Below, piece after piece: positions 23,855 through 37,042 of a DNA stretch of 64,000 bases. The number at the start of each line of letters is the position of its first letter. The first letter of the stretch is position 1. A model generated the notes under the pieces. The model had not been told where the DNA came from. It saw nothing but the letters and a program-made list of their open reading frames with translations, and did not search any database. The position numbers and the translations under genes were made by a program. Source of the stretch: Flectonema sp. DT1601 (Eukaryota); assembly GCA_964019425.1 (NCBI GenBank), contig OZ025792.1, forward strand, positions 1,116,001-1,180,000. Direction: 5' to 3'.

Positions 23855-25060
23855 ACTGTGTGGGTGGCTGTGAGTGAAGAACATGTAAAACATAATACTC
23901 AAATAACTTCGTCAATCAATTCTACTCTGATGAGGGGCATCTTGTCAATTGAAACTTCTGCATAATTGTGATAACTGATGCAAAGATGAGAATAAGAGTA
24001 AAATAATTTCATTACCTTGTCTTCAACAGAGTTAGAAAGATTGGGTGTAGACTCCCAATAACCACTATTGGGAATTTGTTGTGTGGTACAAATAAATAAG
24101 TAAAAATGTTCTCTCTGTTGAATGCGAACCTTGCAGGACGTACGCTGTTCTTGAATGGTAGTGATATCCTTGAATCAAATAGTAAGGTATTAAACCGTAT
24201 TGTCTCGAGGGTTGAGATGGGAATAATAAATAGTTACTATTAATGGTTATCAGTCAATTAAAAAATCAACAAAATTTTAATTAATGCAATTTGTTAGTAA
24301 GCAAAACACAGAACAGAGGACTACGAGGGGTCTGGGTAGCCCGCATCACAATCGCGAAGTTTGGGATGCGTAGTAGTTTGATAGCTTCGGCTGAAAGTGA
24401 TCGACTCCCAGCGCCCAGAGGCTACAGGTTGAAAAATGAAGAAAAAAAAGAGAATTGATCTGAGAGTGAGGGGAAGGAAGGTGGAAAAAATTAGAAATCT
24501 TTTTTTATTCCATACATAGAATCTTTCTTTATAATACGACTATATGTGCCATATGCCCACATACCACGAAAGAAAATAGAAAACCCCCGGAACAGTTCAC
24601 CCCCCAGTTGTCCAACGCATTGTAATTGTATGGTGGGCTTACCGAAAACTTTATAAAGGTACCACGAAAACTGGGCAGCACATAGCCATATCACTCAGCA
24701 AGAAATGAAAACAAAAGGATCAGGAAAGACGATAGTAAGTTTAGTTAGTTAGTTTAAGGTCATAACTGTGCCGGACCAACAAATAAAATATCATTTCCAT
24801 TCCACATATGAAAACATTTGTTCATTAGATAATCAAGTGTGTCAAATTCCGCCATACCACAAAAGAATATATTTCCACAAAAATTGGGCAACACGAATTC
24901 AGTGTACCCATCTGCAATCAAATAAGAATCTCACATTTGACAGTCAGTTTAGGTCTTAATTGCTCCTAACCTGACTAAAAGTATCGCAAATATCAAAAAA
25001 AAGGAAAGTACGATCAGTTTAGGGTCTTAGCTGCACCGGCCTCTGAAACTGACTTATCGC

Positions 25061-25091
<31 letters not shown>

Positions 25092-26904
25092 GAGGAAAGA
25101 GGAAAAATCGAAATAAAAAGACGGAAAAAAGAAATCGCAGCATTAAAATCCCTCCTTGATTGAAGAAGATATTAATAACAATATTTCCTTTTTTTTTTTT
25201 TTTTTTAAAAAGGAAATATTTCTTGTGAGGAAAATCTACAATTCCTGGCCCGCAAATGCAACCCTGCTAGACTTCCTAAGTAATCTCGTGAGGAAAAATT
25301 TACGAATTCTTTTTATCCAGTAGAATACATCCTTAACGAGATCAAGTCTTCACAGAATTATTCCTCTGCGGTAAAAGAAGAAGAATCGGAAAAAGAAAAA
25401 AAAGAATCACTGCACAAGTAAAACAATAACAAACAGGATGTGACATCGTAATTTTATTTGAGCTCAGTTGAGCTTCCATTGTTGAATTACTCCGAAAAAA
25501 TAACATTCACAAAGTTCGTAAAAAGCAAAGAAGAGAGAAGATAAGAGAAGAGGCACAAAGAAAGGATCGAGCGGTCGTTTCTTTAGAACTCCATGTTGAC
25601 AACTAAAAGCGGGACAGGCTCAAAGTAAACAGCAGGAAGACAGAAGTGAACATTCACTACATGTGATCACATTCTGAAGATAATAATGCTGAAGAAATAA
25701 ACCTTATTAAGACCCAGGTAAGAATCGGTGATTAAGATAATCAAAAGAAAGATTGAAGTGAGGATGATTAACAGGAAGGAACAACAAAGAATTCATCAAA
25801 TTGAAACAGTTGACCTGTCGTCATCGTTGGATAAGTAAATAAAAATAAAGATAAAGACAAAAAACAAAACAAAACTAATTAAAGGCAGCGACAAGCAATC
25901 GCAAAACCCAGGCAACAAAGTCTGTTCTTTCACATGAGGATTTTAAATCTATTCCATCTTTTTCAGTTTCTTTCTCAGATTAAATTGCAGGTATTCTCGT
26001 GTCGTGTAAAATAAAGTACCCTGAAAATAGAATCTTCCAGGGTGGGAAAAAGAGGGAAAAACTGATAATCCGCAGGGTTACTCGTACAACTCAAATCTGC
26101 AAAGCAGAATAAGAGAAAAAAAAAACTAAATTTAAATAATTAACACAGTCGAAACGGAAACTAACGGGGCGAGAACAGAATTGAAGAAGAAGATGCACAG
26201 ATTGTAAACTAATACACCCCATTGGGGATCTGTACAGTTCTCAACAACCAAATATCCGAGAAACATAATAAATACACCTCCGCAGAGAAGGCGAAAGCCT
26301 CCGTAAATGAAATAAATATAAGAAGCGATAAACCGAACGCAGTGTCTGTGAAGAACTACGAGAAGGTATTCTATCAAATGATTCAACGAAAGAATAGAAA
26401 GAAGAAATAAAGACATAATAGAAAGCGTAATTAATTTTTTCTAAATCGTTTTGTTGGAAATGAGAGACATCAAGTAGTCTGAGCTGACCAACAGATCAGT
26501 AGCTAAACTGAATTAACGACACCTTATGAGTAAGATGGAAATCAAATAACTTGCCGCGTGAAGACTTGCAATTTCATTAAAAGAAAAATAAAAAACAAAA
26601 ATAAATAAAAAGTCGCGCAACTTTTTCAAGAAACCGAAACTGAACCGCCGAAAAAATGCAACACAAATATTCTTAATAAAAGACAATACCGAACTGCAAC
26701 GACGATGAAACAAACACCAAGCTTACTTGGTGAGGAAATAAAATAAATAGAGAGGAAGAATAACATAACGCCGCCGAATTTAAGAACATAACCGTGAACT
26801 TGATACTGTTCATGTTGTGACAAAACACATTTGAATATCAACGTAGTCACATCAAGTTCAACTTCTTTCATAAAGTGAACAAAAGAAAACCAAACAAGAA
26901 ATGG

Positions 26905-27420
26905 GACTTCTCCAACAATGATACAATCTAATGAGGGACACGATGAAGTATGACATTCGCGCATTAGCTTTGTTTAAAATGAATGCAGCGGCTTTTTTTG
27001 GGTAATCAAGACACTTTTGCTCAACAGTTAGAAAAAAGATACTACTTGTCCTTCTTAGGCCTTCATCAGTAAGTTCTGAGGGACTTCATTTCAGTTTATT
27101 AATAAATCAGATTTATCAAAATGTCTATTTCAAAAGAAATGATTTCTCAAAGTCCATCGGAGCTCGCCAAGATGGGCTAGCATATATTTGTTTTTTGATC
27201 AGCTGAGTTCGATCTCTTCTACTGCGGCTTGTTTTATAATAACGAGTGCGAGTTCTCCTTCATCGGAGCTGTAGTCGTCTTTCTTACGCTTTTCCCAAGT
27301 CTCGGTGAGGAGTAAAATTCCTTCGCTCAAAAGTGTCATTGTACAATTAGCAAACAGTGATGACTTTTGTTCACTGGTGTCAGCAACTACATTCTGATGT
27401 TCTTCTTGGGATCCTCCTAG
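26905..27420 (-). mobile_element. Rearranged fragments of the Josephin-carrying Penelope-like family
   Basis: 26905-27010 translates to DYPKKAAAFILNKANARMSYFIVSLIRLYHCW. 27040-27345 matches the ORF end (KRKKDDYSSDEGELALV) and 3' UTR of 53330-53620. Confidence 0.75.
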
Positions 27421-27747
27421 TTGCTCACAAGGAGAGTAAACATGTTAAAAGTTACATTTAGACTCGTCCTTGTAATATTTTGTCAATTAATTAGCTAATT
27501 GATAATACAGTACGATCAGCGTTAAAAACATTCGACGGAATTATAAAAAAGAAATCAATAAAAAGTGAAAACGAGAATGGATTTACCTTCCCCTTATCTC
27601 CAGGGTATTAACAACGGTCGTGTCCAAAGGGCGTGTGACCGAATCATTTCAGCAAAACAACCATCGGAGAGTTGATGCAACAAGAAAGAAGAACAACAGT
27701 ATGCAGTAGGCAGGCAGTAATAAATCACTGTTGATGAACGACATCAA

Positions 27748-30700
27748 CTAAACTTCAACAACAATATCGGAACTTCTGCCATTCCTATCCGTGAATTCTT
27801 GTCTCATTAAAGAAAGCTCTAAAGAAGCTTCCCCTGTTGGTAAATTCCTCATCGTCATCATTGAACTAGAATTCGATGTCCTTGAAAACGAAGCCAACAA
27901 GGACGGATGCACCGATGGCAACGGCGACAACGCATCACTCATCGACAATCCCAAACTCGATCTCATCGGCATTGACTCGCTTACTACAGAAGTCTCATCA
28001 AGCTTCTTATTCTTTTCCCAATGTCTTTGTTGTACTCGAGTTCGAATACCCTTGCACAGAATGTATCCTTCAACAAGAACATCAATTCCTGACTTTAGTA
28101 CTAAAACCATTACCGAAGCAAATAGAAAATTAGAAGCAATTTCGAAACCGTAGTGTCCGGTGTTCTCTTCGTAGTAACCTGCTGCCATGAAGAAAAGAGC
28201 AGCCGCCTGGAGACCGAGGAGGACGAAGTCGACAGTGCTGTCACGTGCTCGACAGTGCGGCCACAGAATTGCTTCGAGTACAAGGAGAATTAGAAAGAGA
28301 AATCCTTCAAAAAGTTTCTTGTGGCCGCACTGAATTAAAGTTCTGGTATTGAGAGACTCCATAGCACTGATCGCAAGCATCGAAGCAAACTCCACAATAC
28401 TAAACCAAACTACTTCCTGACGAAATGATCGAATCACAGCTCTGTAACGATTCACCCAATGAAGCTCAACATGATTGCTGACCCATTCTCCAGGTCCCAT
28501 CAACAGTCGCTTCAATCCATAACGAGCATCCTCAACGTACACTGCCTGACTAGGAACTCCCTTCTTGCATTCCTTAAAGATAAATATTGGAACAGCAACA
28601 CAACCACAACACGTAACAAATCCTATTATAAAGTGAGATGGCGTATTCGGGTGGCTCACAAGAGACATCCCACCTTGTGTCGTACCTTGGTATAAGAATT
28701 GGAAGACGAACAACGGAGCCGAAGGAAATCTCAGTAATCCCTGAGTGTCCAAACCATTGAACAACTTTGGGGCACAACTCGTACCTCCCCGTTCTGCTAT
28801 CTTCAACATGAAGAAACACAATACTGCAAACCCGAATGATATCATCACATTCCCAGCCACCATTCCAAGCGCAGAACTGCCTCCAATTTTCCACTGTGTC
28901 GGGTGCAGAGGTCGAGGGTACTCCCTCGATGAATTATTCTCATTTCCAATACGACAGCTTCCAGATATCGCAACCAACCGCAAGGCTGGTCCCGCTGATG
29001 CACCGGCTCCCAAAGCAGAAACCGCCGCAGCTGCCGAACCCATCTCTTCAACGGTTTCCATAATCTTCTTGTCGATCACTGGTGGAACTTCTGTTGGAAG
29101 TGTGGCAGTCTCAGGCACGCTAGTGGAAGGAACAGGAGTAGGAAGTAACGGAGAAGGCATCGGTGTCGGAATTAATGTTGGAATTGATGTTGGAGGAAAT
29201 GTTGGCACAGCAGTTGGCACTGCCGTTGGAATTGTTGTAGGCACGGCTGTCGGAACTTCAGTTGGAAGAGCAGTCGGTATTGCGGTGGGGACAACTGTCG
29301 GCACTGCAGTCGGCATGGCTGTTGGAACGACTGGCACCGCAGTAGGCACAGCTGTCGGTATGAATGTTGGAACAGTAGTTAGAATTGCGGTTGGAACAGC
29401 CGTTGGCACCGCAGTCGGTACTGCCGTTGGAACAGCTGTAGGAATGTCTGTCGGAATCACGGTAGGGACAACCGTTGGCACAGCAGTGGGTATTGACGTT
29501 GGAATGGCTGTCGGAATTGCGGTAGAGACAGCCGTTGGCACAGCAGTGGGTATTGCCGTTGGAATGGCTGTCGGAATTGCGGTGGGGACAGCCGTTGGCA
29601 CAGCAGTGGATATTGACGTTGGAATGGCTGTCGGAATTGCGGTAGAGACAGCCGTTGGCACAGCAGTGGGTATTGCCGTTGGAATGGCTGTCGGAATTGC
29701 GGTGGGGACAGCCGTTGGCACAGCAGTGGGTATTGCCGTTGGAATGGCTGTCGGAATTGCGGTGGGGACAGCCGTTGGCACAGCAGTGGGTATTGACGTT
29801 GGAATGGCTGTCGGAATTGCGGTGGGGACAGCTGTTGGCACAGCAGTGGGTATTGCCGTTGGAATGGCTGTCGGAATTGCGGTGGGAACAGTTGTTGGCA
29901 CAGCAGTAGGTACTGCCGTTGGAATGGCTGTCGGAATTGCGGTGGGGACAGCAGTTGGCACAGCAGTTGGTAGTGCCGTAGGCACTGCTGTCGGAAAGGC
30001 CGTCGGAATTGCGGTGGGGACAGCTGTTGGCACAGCAGTAGGCACTGCCGTTGGAATGGCTGTCGGAATTGCGGTAGGGACAGCCGTTGGCACTGCTGTC
30101 GGAATTGCGGTGGGGACAGCTGTAGGCACAGCAGTAGGTACTGCTGTCGGAATTGCGGTTGGGACAGCCGTTGGCACGGCTGTTGGTAGTGCCGTAGGTA
30201 CCGCTGTCGGAACGGCCGTTGGAATTGCGGTGGGGACAGCTGTTGGTACTGCTGTTGGAATGGCTGTCGGTACGGCCGTAGGCACTGCTGTCGGTATGGC
30301 TGTTGGTACTGCCGTGGGTACTGCCGTTGGAATGGCTGTTGGTACGGCCGTAGGCACTGCTGTCGGAATTGCGGTAGGCACAGTTGTTGGTACCTCAGTA
30401 GGAATGGCTGTTGGAACGGCTGCTGGAACAGGTGTTACTCTTCCGAAGAGCCTACATCTGCCAGTTGATTTATTGATGGTGTAAATATAGTCTGAGATTG
30501 CAATAATTTCTTCACCATTATGCGCTACGACATCGACAATTCCACCGTCGAAGACCGGAAGAGTGGGACCGATACCGTAAGCTACTCCTGGAGCGTCTCC
30601 ATGTTGACAGGTTACATCTACCATATTACCAGGGTTAGTTATTACACGGCTGGACGTTAACAAAGTAGCCAATCCACCGAAGAAAGTATTGTCTCCTACG

Positions 30701-31377
30701 CCAAAGACATATCCGTTGCAGGCAGCAATGCGTTTGAGTTTGTTCACGTCGTAGAAATAAGTCCCCGCAGCCCCTTTGTTATGAAGTCTGCCGACACCTG
30801 GATTATTGCTTGAGTATTCACTGATGAAATATATCCTACCAGTGGACTCGTCTACGGTAACCGATCCGATGTCGTTGCCGCTTAAGAAGCTTCCTGAGCT
30901 GTCTACAGTTGCCATGGCAATGTCTGCCATTTCGAAGAAAACTATCCCTTTGTTTTGACATGCGCCATAGATAGTAGTTCCCTTAGCAGCGATTTCAAGA
31001 CAACTTCCAGTGTATGGAAATAACATCACATTCGCAATATCAATTGTACCACCAGCAAGAATAGGAAATACATGTAGATTACCAGGTTCAGCAGCAACCA
31101 AATAAGGTGTTCCTCCGATAGTTATTGAAGTAGCAGTAATAATGTTTGAAAAGTATGTCTCGTATACAACCGTCGAGCACTGAGTAGTTTCAGGATCAAA
31201 CTGTACAACAAATGTACTAGAAATTGTGTACATCCACTTGTCATACACAGCCGTTGTTCCTGGTGCAGGGCTGTATGCAAGAGAGTCAATAACAACTGTT
31301 GTGTAGCATGTTACTAATTGCACCACAGTCAGAAGGATGAAAAACGTCCCCACATGCCTGAAGGTACTTGCCGCCAT
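27748..31377 (-). CDS. Mucin-stalked 7-TM surface protein, paralogue 4 (long stalk), ~1209 aa
   Basis: Intact ORF, same architecture; most divergent TM domain of the seven. Confidence 0.9.
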   Translation of the reverse strand: MAASTFRHVGTFFILLTVVQLVTCYTTVVIDSLAYSPAPGTTAVYDKWMYTISSTFVVQFDPETTQCSTVVYETYFSNIITATSITIGGTPYLVAAEPGNLHVFPILAGGTIDIANVMLFPYTGSCLEIAAKGTTIYGACQNKGIVFFEMADIAMATVDSSGSFLSGNDIGSVTVDESTGRIYFISEYSSNNPGVGRLHNKGAAGTYFYDVNKLKRIAACNGYVFGVGDNTFFGGLATLLTSSRVITNPGNMVDVTCQHGDAPGVAYGIGPTLPVFDGGIVDVVAHNGEEIIAISDYIYTINKSTGRCRLFGRVTPVPAAVPTAIPTEVPTTVPTAIPTAVPTAVPTAIPTAVPTAVPTAIPTAVPTAVPTAIPTAVPTAVPTAIPTAVPTAVPTALPTAVPTAVPTAIPTAVPTAVPTAVPTAIPTAVPTAVPTAIPTAIPTAVPTAVPTAVPTAIPTAFPTAVPTALPTAVPTAVPTAIPTAIPTAVPTAVPTTVPTAIPTAIPTAIPTAVPTAVPTAIPTAIPTSIPTAVPTAVPTAIPTAIPTAIPTAVPTAVPTAIPTAIPTAIPTAVPTAVSTAIPTAIPTSISTAVPTAVPTAIPTAIPTAIPTAVPTAVSTAIPTAIPTSIPTAVPTVVPTVIPTDIPTAVPTAVPTAVPTAVPTAILTTVPTFIPTAVPTAVPVVPTAMPTAVPTVVPTAIPTALPTEVPTAVPTTIPTAVPTAVPTFPPTSIPTLIPTPMPSPLLPTPVPSTSVPETATLPTEVPPVIDKKIMETVEEMGSAAAAVSALGAGASAGPALRLVAISGSCRIGNENNSSREYPRPLHPTQWKIGGSSALGMVAGNVMISFGFAVLCFFMLKIAERGGTSCAPKLFNGLDTQGLLRFPSAPLFVFQFLYQGTTQGGMSLVSHPNTPSHFIIGFVTCCGCVAVPIFIFKECKKGVPSQAVYVEDARYGLKRLLMGPGEWVSNHVELHWVNRYRAVIRSFRQEVVWFSIVEFASMLAISAMESLNTRTLIQCGHKKLFEGFLFLILLVLEAILWPHCRARDSTVDFVLLGLQAAALFFMAAGYYEENTGHYGFEIASNFLFASVMVLVLKSGIDVLVEGYILCKGIRTRVQQRHWEKNKKLDETSVVSESMPMRSSLGLSMSDALSPLPSVHPSLLASFSRTSNSSSMMTMRNLPTGEASLELSLMRQEFTDRNGRSSDIVVEV

Positions 31378-34300
31378 ACTGTGTGGGTGGCTGTGAGTGA
31401 AGAACATGTAAAACATAATACTCAAATAACTTCGTCAATCAATTCTACTCTGATGAGGGGCATCTTGTCAATTGAAACTTCTGCATAATTGTGATAACTG
31501 ATGCAAAGATGAGAATAGGAGTAAAATAATTTCATTACCTTGTCTTCAACAGAGTTAGAAAGATTGGGTGTAGACTCCCAATAACCACTACTGGGAATCA
31601 GTTGTGTGGTACAAATGAATAATATTAAGATTGCTCTCTCTGTGTTCTCTATGTTCGCTGTTGAAGGTGAACTTTACAGTCCACATACTAGCAGGACGAA
31701 GAATATCCATTACCTTAATAATTAGAATGGTATTAAGAAGATGAATAAAAATAAGAAATAAGAACTGGTGCGACTGATTGCAACAGAACTCTTAGCGACT
31801 GAGGTCGTAAAAAGATTAACTCAGAACAGGAGAGAACTAAATATGAGTTCGTTAGCAAGTCCAAAACTGATAACTGCGGTGGGTCTAGATTAACCCTCAC
31901 CAGTAGAGGATCCAATCAGAGATTGTGTTTTTATAGCTTCAGCTCGGTTGTCAAACCATTCCCAGATACTAACAGGTTGAAAACAAAAAGAATGATCAGG
32001 AAGGTTGAAATGCTTGAATATATTTATGAACAAATAAATATCTGTATCGTACCAGAGTTAATAGTTATGACACAGTTGACTACAGGTAATGTTAGTATAG
32101 GTAAACACTCTGCAGATGGGAGAGGACTTTACATTATAATAAATGGTTCCAACTTAGCTGCATACATCTCTTTCTCCGTGTGATCATTCGGTAGCATGAT
32201 TCGGGGTCCACGTTCGATAAGTTGAGTGCCCAATGCCTTGCAGTCCGTTACAGCGGATGACTTTCGGTTATCATTACTTATTTTATATGATTTTATTTCT
32301 TAGTTCGAAGCTAGTCACTACTACCGGAGCACACTTCTGCTACAGAATGTTGATTACTGTGTGATTGAAAAGTACTCTGACACCTGGATTTTTGAGTTAG
32401 GCTTTCCACGATGTAGTTTAGATTTCTCTCTCTTTTTTTCATGTGTTTGTATGTATCCGTTTATCGAAAAGATAAGGTCACAATGATCAAGAGAAAGGAA
32501 GGACAGGTGAGTTAACTGTTTGAGCATACTTATATTGAATATAAGTATGTTTATGTATCAAAAGTTAACTGTTGGTTAGTAAATGAGATTATTAAAAAAA
32601 TGCATTTGAGAAAATAAGATCCAACGTTGCCGTATATTATGAGTGCTCCAGGAGGGTAACTCACAGTAACAGAGGACCCAAGCCGTAGCTGTTTCCGAAA
32701 ACTCAACATAGAACGTTGAATTAGCTTCAACTGAAGTGATGTAATTTAAAAAGATTAATGAACATCAATCGTCAGCTTTCTACCTCGCCTAGCTTATTAA
32801 ACTATTGAACTAATAAGAATAAATAAAAATAAATAAATAAGTAAATAAATAAACAAATACACTATCAAGCAAAACACTCGTAAAGCATCAAATATTAACG
32901 CTCTCTGGATGGATCCGAGTTAATTCAGAAGACTCTCTCTTCAGGAATGAATTATACTGTTTGGTTTTTATCTGAATTTAGGAAACAATACAATCCACTG
33001 AATTCCCACTGATGCATTCAGATAGCTGTTACACTACCGATCACATCCAGCAAATCCTCTTATCACATCCATTCGAGCAGCAGAAGGGGCTCGGATTAAT
33101 AAATCAAGGTAATAATAAACAAAATATATTTTCCATTCCACATAAACCTTTATTCATAAGATAATCATATGTGCCTCAAAAAAGAATCGGCAGAGCAAAT
33201 CTTTTTGATTGAAAACACTCGGTTTTCTTATTTGTTTAGTTCATTATAGCAAGAAAAAAACAAGATCAAGGAACGCTCTTATAAGAGAATCTCACAAAAG
33301 AAGAAAGAATCACTGCGCAAGCAAAATAAAAACAAACAGGAACACAGAGCAAGCAATGCAACACAACATCACACTTGTATTTATTGTGCTTCAACAACTG
33401 ATAAGATATCAATGGTTGAATTATGCTTTGATACACTCTGACAATAACGTTTACAAAGTTCATAAAAAGGCAAAGAAGAGAGAAGATAAGAGAAGAGACA
33501 CAAAGAAAGGATCGAGCGATCGTTTCTTTAGCACTCCATGTTGATAACTAAAAGCGGGACAGGCTCAACGTAAACAGCAGGAAGACAGAAGTGAACTGCG
33601 GGTCACATTCTGAAGATTATAATGCTGAATAAATAAACCTTATTAAGACCCAGGTAAGAATCGGTGATTAAGATAATCAAAAGAAAGATTGAAGTGAGGA
33701 TGATTAACAGGAAGGAACAACAAAGAATTCATTGAACTGAAACAGTTGACCTGTCGTCATCCTTGGATAAGTAAATAAAAATAAAAATAAAAATAAAGAC
33801 AACTCGACCAAGGCAGAGATAAGGAATCGCTAAACCGAGGCAACAAAGTCGTAGAATCCATAAGAATGATAAGAAAATATATAATTGAGCCTTCGATCTT
33901 GTTCGATAATTCCTGAGGGGGTGAAGTACAATGGTTGGAGGCTTGGCACTGAAAAATCAGAATACCCCCTTATACAAAATACAATAATATTAAAAAAATG
34001 AGGAGAAAAAAAAGAACAGGAAAACGCTAAAGAATAACTGATTTTAACTAAAACTATACAGAAAATAGTAATATAACACTTGTTGATGTTTTGTTTGTGC
34101 ACAAAACAGTGAACTGACATAAACTGAAAAAGCTAAATGAGGTTACTCGTGCTGCCAAAATTATTTACGGTACAAACAATGTAAATAAACGAATGTAAAT
34201 GGAAATGGCGTCACGGCCCCGTTTGTATGCAGATCTGAATCACCTCCACCCAAGAAGTGTGAATAGTGCACGTGACATCGTAATTTCATTTATTGAGCTT

Positions 34301-37042
34301 CAATGGTTGAATGACGCTTTAACACACTCTGAAGAACAACGTTCATAAAGTTTATAAAAGAAAGAAGAGAGAAGACAAGAGAAGTTTAGTTAGTTTAGTT
34401 AGCAAAATACAAACTGATGACTACGAGGGGTCTGGGTAGCCCGCATCAGTAAGGACCCAATCGCGAAGATTGTAGTTTCATAGTATTGGCTGGAAGTGAT
34501 CGACTTCCAGCCTCCACCTTGCCCAGAGGCTAACAGGTTGTAAACAAGAAAAGAAAATAAAAGAGAAATGATCTGGGAGTGGGGGGAAGGTGAAAAAAAT
34601 AAAAAATCTTCTTTCTTTCATATACATCTTTCTTTATAATACGACCACATGTGCCATATGCCCACACTCCACGAAAGAAAATAGAAACCCCCGGAACAGT
34701 ACCGAGGATCGTTCACCCCCAGTTGTCCAAAGCATTATAAGTGTACTGTGGGCTTACCGAAAAGCTTTAGAAATGTACCACAAAAGATTTGGGCAGCACA
34801 TAGCCATATCACTCAGCAAGAAATGAAAACCAAAAGGATCAGGTAAGATGACAGTCAGTTTAAGGTCATAGAGAAGAGACACAAAGAAAGGATTGAGTGA
34901 TCGTTTCTTTAGAACTCCATGTTGATAACTAAAAGGGACAGGCTCAATGTAAACAGCAGGAAGACAGAAGTGAACATTTACTACATGCGGATCACATTCT
35001 GAAGATAATAATGCTGAATTAATAAACCTCATTAAGACCCAGGTAAGAATCGGTGATTAAGATAATCAAAAGAAAGATTGAAGTGAGGATGATTAACAGG
35101 AAGGAACAACAAAGAATTCATTGAACTGAAACAGTTGAACTGTCGTCATCCTTGGATAAGTAAATAAAAATAAAGACAACTCAATCAAGGCAGAGATAAG
35201 GAATCGCTAAACGCAGGCAACAAAGTCTTGGAATCAATAAGAATGCAAGATAATATAAAATAAACGAAATGCCTGTTTCAGATTCTTTCTCAATTAAGTT
35301 GCACATGTTCTCCAACTTTGATACCTAACAAGTAGAAAGCCTGAATCTGTGGAAACGATGAACCGCAGGGTGACTTTTACAACTCAAGTCTGTATAAGCA
35401 GCAAAGAGAAAACAAAGAAATTATAAATAAAAGCAACACAGTCGAAACGGAAACTAACGGGAAGAGAACGGGAATGAAGAAGAAGATGCGCAAATTGAAA
35501 AAATAATACTTCTCAAGATTGGGAATCTGCACAGTTCTCAACAACCAAACTTAATAAATAAATATCTGCAGAGTGGGTGAATGCTTCCCTGCGTAAACAA
35601 AACAAATTAAAATCAATAAACTGACAAACCGTACGCGGCGTCTGTGAAGGACTACGAGGCGTTATTCCATCAAGGGATTAACAAAAAGAAAAGAAAGAAG
35701 AAATAAAGACAAACGTTTGTATCAATTTAAATACGACTCGAGAAATCTAAAAAGTTGATGTGACTTTGAGGCCTTGCTTTCCATTCGAAGACGGGGCCAT
35801 ATTAAAAATGGGGAATATAAAATTACCACCGTGGGAGATGAGCTTCTTAAGACTCCTCGTCGGGGAAAAGAATATTACAAAAAAAAAAAGGAATATTCCT
35901 ATGAGACTTTTCACATTTATTTTATCTTAAATACGTGGAATCTCATAATCACAATAGAAAGCGCGGGGAACACCTTTCCCTTTCCTTTGACACACTCCTT
36001 GAGAGAGAGCTTGTTGTATCTGCTGGTTAGTATTAATAATTAGATTTTAGTAGCTAGTTAGTGAGTACTAGGATTTCTAATCATCAACAAGAACTTCAAA
36101 AGCATTGTTTTTCAGGGCAATTTATGTTTTCTAAATCGTTTTGTTGGGAATGAGAGCTCAGTAGCTAAACTGAATTAACGACACCTTATGAGAAAGATGG
36201 AAATCAAATAACTTGCCGCGTGAAAACTTATCAACGCAATTTCATTAAAAGAAAAATAAAAATTAATAAAAAGTCTCCAAAAATACAACACAAGTATTCT
36301 TAATAAAAGACAATACTGAACTGCAACGATGATGAAACAAACACCAAGCTTAACCAAATATATTTGGTGGTGAGGAAATAAAATAAATAGAGAGGAAGAA
36401 TAACATAACGCCGCCGAATTTAAGAACATAACCGTGAACTTGATACTGTTCATGTTGTGACAAAACACATTTGAATATCAACGTAGTCACATTTAGTTCA
36501 ACTTCTTTCATAAAGTGAACAAAAGAAAACCAAACAAGAAATGGGACAACGAATTCCTTCTGTGTGCATCAACTGATACAGTACGACCAGCGTCATAAAA
36601 CATTCGAGGGAACTATAAAAAAGAAATCAATAAGAAAAGAAAACGAGAATTCCACCGCAAAGTGTCAACTAAACAGAATCCATAAAAATTGAACCTGTAC
36701 TCTTGACCACTACCATGCGACGTATGAATTACGAGGAAAGATTAAAAAGGGAGAGCAGATGGACACAAGATAGCTCAAGAAAGTTAAAACAAATGTTTCT
36801 GCGCAAGAATAAAAATTTATAAAAGAACTAAGTCCATGGTTCCAACATGAGGTCACCTTCCCCTTACCTCCAGGATATTAAAAGGAGTCGTGTCCAAAGG
36901 GAAATGGGGACTGCGACCGTTAACAATTCAGCCATAGCTCAAAAACAACTCGAACCATCAGAGAGTTGATGCAGCAAAAAAAGAAGAACAGCAGTATGCA
37001 GTAGGCAGGCAGTAATAAATCACTGTTGATGAACGACAATAG

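Noticed and set aside
28745..30484. Long + strand GTAVG-repeat ORFs (also 8203, 38763, 50142, 59969)
   Set aside because: Antisense shadows of the PTAV stalks; the codon content simply avoids stops.
34384..34402. GTTAGTT as the reverse complement of spliced-leader AACTAAC or as telomere repeat
   Set aside because: No remaining SL sequence follows and there are no TTAGGG arrays; it behaves as an element tail.
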